From Sporosarcina sp. P32b (GTDB lineage Bacteria; Bacillota; Bacilli; Bacillales_A; Planococcaceae), in contig NZ_PDZB01000002.1 of assembly GCF_002743335.1 (NCBI RefSeq), forward strand, positions 104,205 through 136,204: a DNA stretch of 32,000 bases, written 5' to 3'. Numbering within the stretch: the first letter of the stretch is position 1; every line of letters begins with the position of its first letter. The notes under the pieces are model-generated. The model saw only the letters and a list, made by a program, of their open reading frames with translations. It had not been told where the DNA came from and made no database searches. Made by a program: the position numbers and the translations under genes. Of this stretch, positions 9,855 to 18,492 are shown in pieces.

Positions 9855-10032
9855 TTGTCAATAGCTTTCTATTGTTAATAGTCTTCTCTACTGGATAAGG
9901 TTGCTAATTACATCGTTCTCAGACTCTCATTCCATAGCTTTCTAGAGTTCATTGGACAAATTGGTAGGTTTGACCAAAATCTCTCCTTTTCTTTGACGTT
10001 ATGCTAGGTCACGTAGAAAAGGAGGGACCAAG

Positions 10033-10686
10033 ATGAAAAAACCTTTATCACTCATCTTATTAAGCTCAGCTATTTTATTGCCTACACATGCAGCAGAGGC
10101 AAGCACGACAAATCAGGTGAAAACACACACCTATACGTGGAATGTATCGGATCAGCAGGTGTACACGTATTACTTTGGTAACTATCAGTACCAGAAGCCA
10201 CAACAACGTCCGGTTGCGAAACCGACACCACCTGCACAACAACCAACTCAGCCAAACCAACCAGTGGAGAAACCACAAACAGACAAGCCGGCACAACAAA
10301 CAGCGAATGTGTCTGCAACAGAGCAAGCCGTACTCGATTTGACGAATGCGGAACGTACGAAGGCAGGACTCAAGCCGTTGCAGATCGATGCAGCCTTGCA
10401 AAAGTCCGCAAAGCAGAAATCAGCCGATATGGCAGCGAACAACTATTTCTCTCATACGAGCCCGACATACGGTTCACCGTTTGATCAGATGAAACAGAAT
10501 GGTGTTACATATAGTTCGGCAGCCGAGAATATCGCGATGGGTCAGCGCAGTGCACAGGATGTCGTGACAGCTTGGATGAATTCAGCTGGACACCGTCAAA
10601 ATATCCTAACGCCTGGGTTTACGCATATCGGTATCGGTTATGATGCGAATGGACACTATTGGACACAGCAGTTTATACAGAAGTAA
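10033..10686 (+). CDS. ykwD: Secreted CAP/SCP (PR-1-like) domain protein, YkwD-like, with P/Q-rich linker
   Basis: Signal peptide. Low-complexity segment QKPQQRPVAKPTPPAQQPTQPNQP. CAP domain NAERTKAGLKPL...YFSHTSP...GENIAMG-like...GHRQNIL. Confidence 0.85.
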   Translation: MKKPLSLILLSSAILLPTHAAEASTTNQVKTHTYTWNVSDQQVYTYYFGNYQYQKPQQRPVAKPTPPAQQPTQPNQPVEKPQTDKPAQQTANVSATEQAVLDLTNAERTKAGLKPLQIDAALQKSAKQKSADMAANNYFSHTSPTYGSPFDQMKQNGVTYSSAAENIAMGQRSAQDVVTAWMNSAGHRQNILTPGFTHIGIGYDANGHYWTQQFIQK

Positions 10687-10696
10687 AGCTAGTTAG

Positions 10697-10727
10697 GCTA
10701 ACGGAGTGATTTCCGTTAGCTTTTTTT
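10697..10727 (+). terminator. Rho-independent terminator of the CAP-domain gene
   Basis: GCTAACGGA (10697-10705) pairs with TCCGTTAGC (10712-10720). T7 run at 10721-10727. Confidence 0.85.
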
Positions 10728-10990
10728 AATGGGGAGAGTTAGAGACTGCATGATTTCCGTTGTAGAAGTTCAAGAGAGTAGTTGAGACTGATAGAGATGC
10801 GAGGGGTAATGAGCGGATACAGGTTAGTATAGAGCGCTTGACGTGCAGTATGAGCGGTTGTGGACTTTGATAGAGCGGTTGCCTCGTATCATAGAGCACT
10901 TCACGTTGACCATAGAGCGGATACAGATGAACTATGAGCGCGTTAGACGAATGAATGAGCATAACTTGCATGGCTCTCATTCACTTCAGA
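10728..10990 (+). repeat. Copy 1 of a dispersed intergenic element with 21-bp-phased AT(A)GAGCG boxes
   Basis: GAGC boxes start at 10811, 10832, 10852, 10873, 10894, 10915, 10936 and 10957 (spacings 21,20,21,21,21,21,21). A GAGA variant sits at 10794. The last ~55 nt are roughly 85-90% identical by eye to 28342-28395. Confidence 0.85.
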
Positions 10991-10993
10991 CAC

Positions 10994-11028
10994 AAAAAAG
11001 GCCAATGGAATCAAAACTCCATCAGCCT
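10994..11028 (-). terminator. Rho-independent terminator of the MATE gene
   Basis: Imperfect hairpin at 11000-11028 (GGCCAATGGA...TCCATCAGCCT). A-run at 10994-10999 gives a U-tract on the minus strand. Confidence 0.65.
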
Positions 11029-11040
11029 GTAACCAACTCA

Positions 11041-12396
11041 TTATTCCACTTCACGATACCTATTCTGTATAAACCGTAACCTAAACGACAGAATCACCGC
11101 ACCTACCGATAGACCAACTATGAGACCAACCCAGTATCCGTATGCGCCTAGCTCCGTATAGCGGGCGAGTGCGAATCCTGTAGGCAACCCAATGAGCCAG
11201 AATGACACGACACCGACTAGGAATGTCATCGTTACGTCCTTGTAGCCACGTAACGCACCTTGGATTGGCGCTTGCACTGCGTCCGATAGCTGGAAGAGTG
11301 CGGCATAGATGAAGAAGTGCACGGCTAGTGTAATAATCGCTGTGTCCGTCGTATACATAGAAGCAATCGACTCACGGAACATCAGTAAAATGAATATGGA
11401 TAAGAAACTGAAAACCACAGCGAACGCTATGCCGAGATACGTATACTCGCGCGCGTCCTTCGTTTTATTCGCACCAATTGATTGACCGACTAGTATCGTT
11501 GTACCCATCGAGACGCTTAACGGCACCATATAGAGGAGAGACGTGAAATTGAGCGCGATCTGGTGAGCCGAGATGACTTGTGCGGTATAACTGCTCATTA
11601 ATAATGTGACGACAGAAAAGATACTCGTTTCTACGAATATGGATAATCCGATCGGCACGCCAATGAGTAAAATTTCTTTCCATTTGCGGAAAGAGATTCG
11701 TTGCCATCCACTAAACAGCGTAAACTCTTTAAAGTGGCGGGATGACCAAGCGATTAGCACCGCGATGAAGAACACGAGCCAGTAGGTGAATCCGGATGCA
11801 TACCCAGCGCCAGCACCACCTAGTTCTGGAAAACCGAAGTTACCGAAAATCAATAAATAGTTCAATGCGATATTAATGGGTGCAGATAACAGAATGATAA
11901 ACATTGAGACACGGGTTGCACCGAGTGCGTCAAAGAATGAACGCAGAACAGTGTAGGCCATCAACGGCACCAATCCAATGCTCATACCCGTCAGATAGGC
12001 GGACGCTACTTCTATTACCGGTGCATCCAGTGGCATTCTCGTAATAGCGGGTAACACGACAAAGTGGATCAACACGAAAATGATTGCTGAAAGAGCGAGA
12101 GATACGTATAATGCTTGCTGGACAGTCGGACGGACATCGCTTTTATTCTTCGCACCGATTTGCTGTGCGATAATAGGAGTCAGGCCCATCAGAATTCCCG
12201 AAAGGCCGGTATAGACTGGTATCCAGAAGGAACTGCCGATGGTCACGCCTGCTAAGTGGAACGTGTCGTAGCGCCCTGTCATGAGAATATCGAAGAACGA
12301 CATCAGATAAAGCGCGACTTGCGTAATCACAATGGGAATCATAATCTTAATAAAAATCGATGTTTTTTGTTGCAAAGGTTTCGTTACAGTAGTCAT
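11041..12396 (-). CDS. MATE family multidrug/toxic-compound efflux transporter
   Basis: About 451 aa from the ATG at 12396 (GAGGAA 9 nt upstream). 12 TM-like segments, typical MATE N-terminus MIPIVITQVALYLMSFFDILMTG. The track ORF extends to 12540 but would overlap the divergent gene. Confidence 0.88.
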   Translation of the reverse strand: MTTVTKPLQQKTSIFIKIMIPIVITQVALYLMSFFDILMTGRYDTFHLAGVTIGSSFWIPVYTGLSGILMGLTPIIAQQIGAKNKSDVRPTVQQALYVSLALSAIIFVLIHFVVLPAITRMPLDAPVIEVASAYLTGMSIGLVPLMAYTVLRSFFDALGATRVSMFIILLSAPINIALNYLLIFGNFGFPELGGAGAGYASGFTYWLVFFIAVLIAWSSRHFKEFTLFSGWQRISFRKWKEILLIGVPIGLSIFVETSIFSVVTLLMSSYTAQVISAHQIALNFTSLLYMVPLSVSMGTTILVGQSIGANKTKDAREYTYLGIAFAVVFSFLSIFILLMFRESIASMYTTDTAIITLAVHFFIYAALFQLSDAVQAPIQGALRGYKDVTMTFLVGVVSFWLIGLPTGFALARYTELGAYGYWVGLIVGLSVGAVILSFRLRFIQNRYREVE

Positions 12397-12481
12397 AGTT
12401 TTGATTTCCTCTACTAATTTTTTCGTTTTGACTAGTGTAGCATGAAATATAGTAGGCAACGCATAGGGAAGGATGGAATGA

Positions 12482-13555
12482 ATGAAACAACCGGTAGTCG
12501 TTTTAACAGGTGGCGGTACAGCAGGACACGTATCCGTCAATCAAGCATTAATTCCTGTATTTTTGGGTAAAGGGTATAGTGTGCATTATATTGGTTCTCA
12601 TGAAGGTATTGAAAAAGAGTTGATAGGAGAAGGTCATCCGGAAGTGGTCTATCACGCAATACAAAGTGGTAAATTGCGTCGGTATTTCTCAATGAAGAAT
12701 TTTACGGATCCATTTCGTGTTGGTGCAGGGACGCTACAAGCGCTCGCTATTTTGCGGAAACTGAAGCCGGAGATCATCTTTTCTAAAGGAGGTTTCGTTT
12801 CGGTACCCGTTGTCATGGCAGCGAAACTTGCAAATGTACCTGTTGTTGTCCATGAATCAGACGTGACGCCAGGACTTGCGAATAAATTGGCATTGCCGTT
12901 CGCATCCCAAATCTTTACTGTCTTTGAACAGACGTTGCAATATGTGCCTACAGCAAAATCTGAATGCACAGGCCCGATTATTCGTCCTGAGCTGTTTATG
13001 GGCGATCGGCAAGAGGGATTACGCAGAACAGGTTTGAATTCCGAAAAGCCGGTATTCATTATCATGGGAGGTAGTCAAGGCTCTGCCGTGTTGAATGAAG
13101 CGGTGCGCAATGAATTACCCGCGTTGCTACAGAAGTATCAGATCATTCATTTATGTGGTAAAGGGAATGTGGTAGAAGGTCTTTCAGTGGCGGGGTACGT
13201 ACAGTATGAATATGTCACCGATGAATTGCCTGATTTGCTAGCGGTTGCTGATTATGCGGTTTCGCGTGCGGGGTCGAATGCAATTTTCGAATTGCTTGCG
13301 ATCCATAAGCCGATGTTGCTTGTTCCGCTTGCCGCCTCAAAGAGCCGTGGTGATCAAATATTGAATGCAGAATACTTCGCTTCTAAGGGATTGGCATTAC
13401 AAATAGAAGAAGAGCAATTCGAAGTGCAGTCTGTTACAGAACAATTTGATGAACTCGTGAAGGAAAAAAATCGATTGCTGTCGAATATTGAAAAGACGAC
13501 AGAACCGAAGACACCTGAAAAGATGGCAGAATTGATTTTATCGTTCCAAAAATGA
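12482..13555 (+). CDS. MurG-family GT28 glycosyltransferase (UDP-GlcNAc transferase paralogue, not in a dcw cluster)
   Basis: 357 aa. N-terminal G-loop LTGGGTAGHV. C-terminal GGSQGS...RAGSNAIFE...GDQILNA is typical of MurG. Confidence 0.75.
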   Translation: MKQPVVVLTGGGTAGHVSVNQALIPVFLGKGYSVHYIGSHEGIEKELIGEGHPEVVYHAIQSGKLRRYFSMKNFTDPFRVGAGTLQALAILRKLKPEIIFSKGGFVSVPVVMAAKLANVPVVVHESDVTPGLANKLALPFASQIFTVFEQTLQYVPTAKSECTGPIIRPELFMGDRQEGLRRTGLNSEKPVFIIMGGSQGSAVLNEAVRNELPALLQKYQIIHLCGKGNVVEGLSVAGYVQYEYVTDELPDLLAVADYAVSRAGSNAIFELLAIHKPMLLVPLAASKSRGDQILNAEYFASKGLALQIEEEQFEVQSVTEQFDELVKEKNRLLSNIEKTTEPKTPEKMAELILSFQK

Positions 13556-13741
13556 GAATGTACGCGAAGTGCCTAAGAGACGTAGTTTTCAGTATTTTTT
13601 AATATATTTCCAAGTACTTTGCAGAAAACTACGCATATTAGGATTAATCCCTTTCAGTTCTAAGGTTTGCGTGCTATTATTGTATAGAAGTAGTTAAAAT
13701 AAACACAACACGCCGATAGGCAAATGTGGAGGTTATATTAC

Positions 13742-16552
13742 ATGTCGAACAATGTGGATTCCCATCGTTCCCCGTATGCTAATTTTTCGGGTCCAAACCT
13801 TGGGTATGTAATGGAAATGTACGATCTGTTCAAAACAGATCAAGATGCAGTAGATCCTGATTTAGCAGAGCTATTCAGGAATTTTGGTGCGCCTCAGATG
13901 GATGAGTCAGGTCAAGAGGCAGTTATAGCGCAAGGTTCCCAAACGGATTTGCGTAAAGTTCTTGCTGTTTATTCTTTACTTGAAGCTATTCGTTCTTATG
14001 GACATCTTGCAGCAGACATTTATCCATTAAACGATCGACCTAAAGATACATCCCGTCTTGAACTGTCATATCATGGATTGACAGAAAGCGATCTGGTCGG
14101 ATTGCCAGCAACTTTGTTCTTGAAAAATGTTCCAGCGACAGTTGAAAATGGATTAGATGCAATGAATTATTTGAAGTCTCTTTATACAGGCTCCATCGCA
14201 TATGAATTCTCTCACTTGATCGATGAAACAGAACGTAACTGGATTCAATCAAAAATTGAAAACGGCGACGTACAGTCAAAAATGCAAGAAGACGAGAAAA
14301 AACAACTTCTTGAGCGTTTGACGAAAATTGAAGGCTTTGAAAAATTCATTCACCGTACATTCGTAGGAGCGAAACGTTTCTCCATCGAAGGTGTGGACAC
14401 ATTAGTCGTCTTAATTGATGAATTAATGCGTCTTTCCGAAGATGCGAAAATGGAAAAAGTGCTAATCGGCATGGCTCACCGTGGACGTCTGAATGTATTG
14501 ACGCACAACTTAAACAAACCATACGAAATGATGTTTGCTGAATTCGCAGGCGTACCTGCTTCACCGTTCTTACCAAAAGACGGATCTCTTGAAGTAACGC
14601 GCGGCTGGTTCGGTGACGTGAAATACCATATGGGTGCTCTTCATAAAGGTAAGTCTGGGATGAATCGCTTCCTTGCGTATAACCCATCTCACCTAGAAGT
14701 AGTAAACCCTGTAATTACGGGTCAGACTCGTGCTGCCCAAGAAAACACGGACAACCCAGGTATTCCACAACAAGATACAAATAAAGCATACGCGATTTTA
14801 GTACACGGTGATGCAGCGTTCCCTGGACAAGGTATCGTTCCAGAATCATTTAACTACTCTCGTGTTCGCGGTTTTAGAACAGGTGGATCGGTCCATGTCA
14901 TTGCCAACAACACGATTGGCTTTACGACGGAATATTATGATTCCCGTTCTACACACTATGCATCTGATCCAGCAAAAGGCTATGAAGTGCCTGTATTCCA
15001 CGTGAATGCAGATCACCCAGAAGAAGTACTAGCTGTTGCAAAACTGGCATTTGAATATCGCCAGGCGTTCGGCAAAGACGTACTAATCGACTTGATCGGT
15101 TACCGTCGTTACGGACACAACGAAATGGATGAGCCACTAGTGACAAATCCAGTGATGTACCACGAAATCCATAAACACCCTACAGTTCGTGAAATTTACG
15201 GACAGCGTCTAGTAGAGCAAAAGCTTCTAACAGACGAAGAGGTTAAAGAAATGGACAAGTCGGTGATCGCAACGATGCAAGAAGCGTACGATCACGTAAA
15301 AGAAGAATCAGCAGACGCTCCGGAAATTTCTAATGCAACACCGGAAGTGGTACAAGCTGGACTTCCACGTGATCTTGAAACAGGGGTAGCGGAAGATCGC
15401 CTTCGTCAAATGAACGATGAGCTATTGACGTATCCAGAAGAATTCACTGTCTTCAATAAATTGGATAAAATCTTGAAGCGTCGCCTAGAGCCGTTTAAAG
15501 GTAAAGGGAAAATCGACTGGGCACATGCTGAGCAATTGGCATTCGGTTCAATCATTCAAGACGGTAAGCCAATCCGTATTTCTGGACAAGATATCCAGCG
15601 CGGTACATTTGCACAGCGTCATTTAGTATTACATGATGAAAAAACAGGTGAAGAACTTGTTCCATTGCATCATATTAGCGGATCTACTGCTTCATTCGTG
15701 GCGTATAACAGCCCACTGTCCGAAGCAGGTATCGTAGGATATGAATTCGGTTATAACTTAGAAGAAGACAAAACGATGTCGATCTGGGAAGCACAATACG
15801 GTGACTTCTCAAACATGGCACAAGTCATGTTCGACCAGTTCGTATCTTCAAGTTATTCGAAGTGGGGTCAGCAATCTGGCCTTGTGCTATTGTTGCCACA
15901 CGCATTTGAAGGACAAGGACCAGAACACTCCAGTTCTCGCATTGAGCGTTTCCTACAACTTTGTGGAGAAAACAACTGGACAGTCGCGAATATCTCCAGT
16001 GCAGCAAACTACTTCCACGTATTGCGTCGCCAGTCGAAAATTCTCGGCAGCGAAGCAGAGCGTCCGTTAGTAATTGCAACGCCTAAGTCTTTACTTCGTC
16101 ACCCACTAGTTGGAGCAGACGTTGAAGACTTAACGGAAGGTCACTTCAAGACAGTTCTTGAGCAACCTGGTACAGGAACTAAACCTGAAAAAGTAAAAAA
16201 GATCTTGTTCGCAAGCGGTAAGATGGCAATTGACTTGGCTGAGAAGATCAAAGACGGTGAAGGATTCGACTACTTGCACGTAATCCGTGTAGAGCAGCTA
16301 TATCCATTCCCATCCGACAAAATCAAAGAAATCGTTGCTCGTTTCCCGAAAGCAAAAGATTTAGTATGGGTTCAGGAAGAGCCGAAGAACATGGGTACAT
16401 GGTCATTCGCTTATCCGTTCCTAGAAAAACTAGCTGACGGCAAAGACATTTCTTATGTCGGTCGTATTAAACGCTCAAGTCCTTCTGAAGGCGACGGCGC
16501 ATCTCATAAAAAAGAACAAAACCGAATCATTGAAGAAGCTTTGAAAAAGTGA
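13742..16552 (+). CDS. odhA: 2-oxoglutarate dehydrogenase E1 component
   Basis: About 936 aa. MAHRGRLNVL, HGDAAFPGQG, GYRRYGHNE, LLLPHAFEGQGPEHSS. ATG at 13742 with GGAGG 9 nt upstream; track start 13724. Confidence 0.95.
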   Translation: MSNNVDSHRSPYANFSGPNLGYVMEMYDLFKTDQDAVDPDLAELFRNFGAPQMDESGQEAVIAQGSQTDLRKVLAVYSLLEAIRSYGHLAADIYPLNDRPKDTSRLELSYHGLTESDLVGLPATLFLKNVPATVENGLDAMNYLKSLYTGSIAYEFSHLIDETERNWIQSKIENGDVQSKMQEDEKKQLLERLTKIEGFEKFIHRTFVGAKRFSIEGVDTLVVLIDELMRLSEDAKMEKVLIGMAHRGRLNVLTHNLNKPYEMMFAEFAGVPASPFLPKDGSLEVTRGWFGDVKYHMGALHKGKSGMNRFLAYNPSHLEVVNPVITGQTRAAQENTDNPGIPQQDTNKAYAILVHGDAAFPGQGIVPESFNYSRVRGFRTGGSVHVIANNTIGFTTEYYDSRSTHYASDPAKGYEVPVFHVNADHPEEVLAVAKLAFEYRQAFGKDVLIDLIGYRRYGHNEMDEPLVTNPVMYHEIHKHPTVREIYGQRLVEQKLLTDEEVKEMDKSVIATMQEAYDHVKEESADAPEISNATPEVVQAGLPRDLETGVAEDRLRQMNDELLTYPEEFTVFNKLDKILKRRLEPFKGKGKIDWAHAEQLAFGSIIQDGKPIRISGQDIQRGTFAQRHLVLHDEKTGEELVPLHHISGSTASFVAYNSPLSEAGIVGYEFGYNLEEDKTMSIWEAQYGDFSNMAQVMFDQFVSSSYSKWGQQSGLVLLLPHAFEGQGPEHSSSRIERFLQLCGENNWTVANISSAANYFHVLRRQSKILGSEAERPLVIATPKSLLRHPLVGADVEDLTEGHFKTVLEQPGTGTKPEKVKKILFASGKMAIDLAEKIKDGEGFDYLHVIRVEQLYPFPSDKIKEIVARFPKAKDLVWVQEEPKNMGTWSFAYPFLEKLADGKDISYVGRIKRSSPSEGDGASHKKEQNRIIEEALKK

Positions 16553-16651
16553 TATAACAAGTAAAGAAGCTTTACAGAAAAAGTTAAAAAACTACTTATA
16601 CAAAGTAGCTTATCCGTTAAAAAACGGTATACCTACGAGGAGGAATTTATT

Positions 16652-17881
16652 GTGGCAGAGATCAGAGTACCTGAACTAGCAGAATCAATTACAGAAGGTA
16701 CAATTGCAAAATGGTTGAAACAACCCGGTGAAAACGTGGATAAAGGTGAATTCATCGTTGAATTGGAAACAGATAAAGTGAACGTCGAAGTCATTTCAGA
16801 AGAAGCAGGTGTATTGTCTGAACTATTGGCTGCAGAAGGCGACACAGTTGAAGTTGGCCAAGTAATCGCGATTGTAGGCGAAGGTTCAGGTGCACCGGCA
16901 CAACAAGCTCCACAAGCAACTGAAGCAGCAGCGCCAGCACCAGCACAAAAAGAAGAAACTCCGGCTCCAGCAGCAGCTGTAGCAGAAGAAACTTCTTCTT
17001 CAGACCGCACAATTGCAAGTCCAGCAGCACGCAAGCTTGCACGTGAAAAAGGTATCAATCTTGCTGACGTATCACCTGTTGATCCAATGGGTCGCGTACG
17101 CGCACAAGACGTATCTGCTCACAACAACGCTCCAGCACCTGCTGCGGCGGCTCCAGCTCCTAAAGCAGAAGCGAAAGATGATGGCCGTATTACTCGTGAA
17201 AAAATGACTCGTCGCCGTCAAACAATCGCTAAGCGTTTGCTTGAAGTTAGACAATCAACAGCAATGTTAACTACATTTAACGAAATTGATATGTCGAAAA
17301 TGATGGAACTTCGTTCACGCAAAAAAGACCAGTTTTTCGAGCAAAACGATGTACGTCTAGGCTTCATGTCATTCTTCACGAAAGCAGTCGTTGCTGCATT
17401 GAAGAAATATCCATACGTTAACGCTGAAATCGATGGCGATGAAATCCTATTGAAGAATTACTTCGATATCGGTATCGCAGTATCTACTGACGGTGGACTA
17501 GTTGTACCAAACGTAGTAGACGCAGACCGTAAGAGTTTCGCACAAATCGAAGCATCTATCGGAGAGCTTGCGAAAAAAGCACGCGACAACAAGTTGACAT
17601 TGGCTGATATGACAGGTGGTTCATTCACAATTACAAACGGTGGAGTATTCGGTTCACTATTGTCTACTCCAATCCTAAACGGTACTCAAGTAGGAATCTT
17701 GGGTATGCATACAATTCAGAAGCGTCCAGTAGCTATTGGTGACAATATCGAAATTCGCCCAATGATGTATGTTGCACTTTCTTACGATCACCGTGTAATT
17801 GATGGTAAAGATTCTGTAGGATTCTTGAAGATGGTTAAAGAGTTGCTTGAAAACCCTGAAGACCTTCTACTAGGTTCTTAA
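16652..17881 (+). CDS. odhB: 2-oxoglutarate dehydrogenase E2 dihydrolipoyllysine succinyltransferase
   Basis: Lipoyl domain ELETDKV, Ala/Pro-rich linker, E3-binding [12 protein letters not shown], catalytic DHRVIDG. GTG start with AGGAGG RBS. Confidence 0.95.
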   Translation: MAEIRVPELAESITEGTIAKWLKQPGENVDKGEFIVELETDKVNVEVISEEAGVLSELLAAEGDTVEVGQVIAIVGEGSGAPAQQAPQATEAAAPAPAQKEETPAPAAAVAEETSSSDRTIASPAARKLAREKGINLADVSPVDPMGRVRAQDVSAHNNAPAPAAAAPAPKAEAKDDGRITREKMTRRRQTIAKRLLEVRQSTAMLTTFNEIDMSKMMELRSRKKDQFFEQNDVRLGFMSFFTKAVVAALKKYPYVNAEIDGDEILLKNYFDIGIAVSTDGGLVVPNVVDADRKSFAQIEASIGELAKKARDNKLTLADMTGGSFTITNGGVFGSLLSTPILNGTQVGILGMHTIQKRPVAIGDNIEIRPMMYVALSYDHRVIDGKDSVGFLKMVKELLENPEDLLLGS

Positions 17882-17896
17882 TTAACACAATCCAAG

Positions 17897-17926
17897 CGAC
17901 CCGCTAATCAGCGGGTCGTTTTTATT
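17897..17926 (+). terminator. Rho-independent terminator of odhAB
   Basis: CGACCCGC (17897-17904) pairs with GCGGGTCG (17911-17918), followed by a T-run. Confidence 0.85.
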
Positions 17927-17944
17927 TGGGAAAGGAGAGATTTT

Positions 17945-18142
17945 ATGTCATATTTACAATGGCTAGATGAGCCTACATTGAAGACGGTGACGTGTACGCA
18001 TACCGATGCAGCGAAATTTTCCGTTAGTAATATGCTAATGGTAGGGAAGTCGTATGAAGTGAAGAATGAGACCGAGGAGTTTATCTTTGTGGTAGACAAC
18101 TCCGGCAAGGTCGGCGGCTTTTATAAGACGTATTTTGAGTGA
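17945..18142 (+). CDS. Small hypothetical protein (65 aa)
   Basis: Strong RBS GGAAAGGAGAG upstream of the ATG, and its own terminator downstream. No family recognised with confidence. Confidence 0.55.
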   Translation: MSYLQWLDEPTLKTVTCTHTDAAKFSVSNMLMVGKSYEVKNETEEFIFVVDNSGKVGGFYKTYFE

Positions 18143-18172
18143 TTGCTAGGTGAATAAATAGTAGGAAGTGTA

Positions 18173-18208
18173 GAGACGATTCTTAATTGAATCGTCTTCT
18201 TTATGTTT
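18173..18208 (+). terminator. Rho-independent terminator of the 65-aa gene
   Basis: GAGACGATTC (18173-18182) pairs with GAATCGTCTT (18189-18198). T-rich tail follows. Confidence 0.7.
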
Positions 18209-18257
18209 GGGATGGGTAGCGCGGGAACTATTGTAGTTTGAAGTTTTAAACTTGAAT

Positions 18258-18456
18258 AACTGGTGAGAACTGTGCGGCTTACGCTCAATAATTCGTCTAC
18301 GTGCTCATAATTCATGCGTATTCGCTCTATGGTCACTGCCAACCGCTCTATTAGGTGCCATATCCGATCATACGATACGCTAAGCGCTCTATCGCTGATT
18401 GTATCCGCTCATTGTCCGCAGACTCACTAGCGGTCCTGACCTATATCTTGAAATTA
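18258..18456 (-). repeat. Copy 2 (inverted) of the 21-bp-phased AT(A)GAGCG element
   Basis: On the + strand, GCTC boxes end at 18286, 18306, 18327, 18348, 18369 (GATC variant), 18389 and 18410 (spacings 20,21,21,21,20,21). The reverse complement aligns box for box with copies 1 and 3. Confidence 0.85.
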
Positions 18457-18463
18457 CACCAAC

Positions 18464-18492
18464 AAAAAAACCGTCTCTCTTATGAGGGACGG
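18464..18492 (-). terminator. Rho-independent terminator of xpaC-telA
   Basis: Hairpin at 18471-18492 (about 9 bp) holds the telA stop codon in its loop. A7 at 18464-18470 gives a U-tract on the minus strand. Confidence 0.7.

Noticed and set aside
9862-9944. An 11-nt sequence ATAGCTTTCTA occurring twice downstream of the COG0523 gene, the first copy within a small palindrome CAATAG-CTTT-CTATTG.
   Set aside because: It is probably a weak terminator hairpin plus a chance repeat in a 178-bp intergenic region. It shows no relation to the GAGCG element and no further structure I can support.
10075-10442. Cluster of overlapping ORFs (both strands) within the CAP-domain gene.
   Set aside because: They arise from the CA/AC-rich P/Q linker, which is open in several frames. 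The + frame beginning at 10033 has a signal peptide and a complete CAP domain and explains the region.
10791-10965. Possibility that the regularly spaced repeats are a small CRISPR array.
   Set aside because: The conserved boxes are only about 7-11 nt with a 21-bp period, far below CRISPR repeat (about 24-48 nt) and spacer sizes. There are no cas genes. The whole array is itself repeated three times with homologous spacers.
10726-11079. Track ORFs 10726..10980 (-) and 10843..11079 (+) lying across repeat copy 1. The + ORF shows a striking heptad pattern (YER/IER/IEH every 7 residues).
   Set aside because: The heptad pattern is a direct by-product of the 21-bp DNA periodicity. There is no RBS. 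The + ORF runs through the MATE terminator into the MATE coding region. The equivalent frame is interrupted by a stop in copy 3 (reads ...MNYERLYE then TGA). Similarity between copies is at nucleotide level, not protein level.
12397-12540. N-terminal extensions offered by the ORF track for the MATE gene (to 12540), the PadR-like gene (from 22180), the MFS gene (from 24550), telA (to 19736) and odhA (from 13724).
   Set aside because: In each case an internal start has a well-spaced Shine-Dalgarno sequence and gives the family-typical N-terminus. The extension lies in AT-rich promoter-like DNA or overlaps a divergent gene.
16633-17254. Antisense and alternative-frame ORFs (16633..17058 -, 16791..17042 -, 17013..17207 +, 17072..17254 -) in odhB.
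   Set aside because: They coincide with the GC-rich Ala/Pro linker of the E2 subunit, which lacks stops in other frames. The odhB frame carries lipoyl, E3-binding and catalytic motifs.
18121-18342. Track ORF 18121..18342 (-) inside repeat copy 2 (MAVTIERIRMNYEHV...).
   Set aside because: Same reasoning as for copy 1. It starts inside the box array, lacks an RBS, crosses a terminator hairpin and overlaps the end of the 65-aa gene on the other strand.
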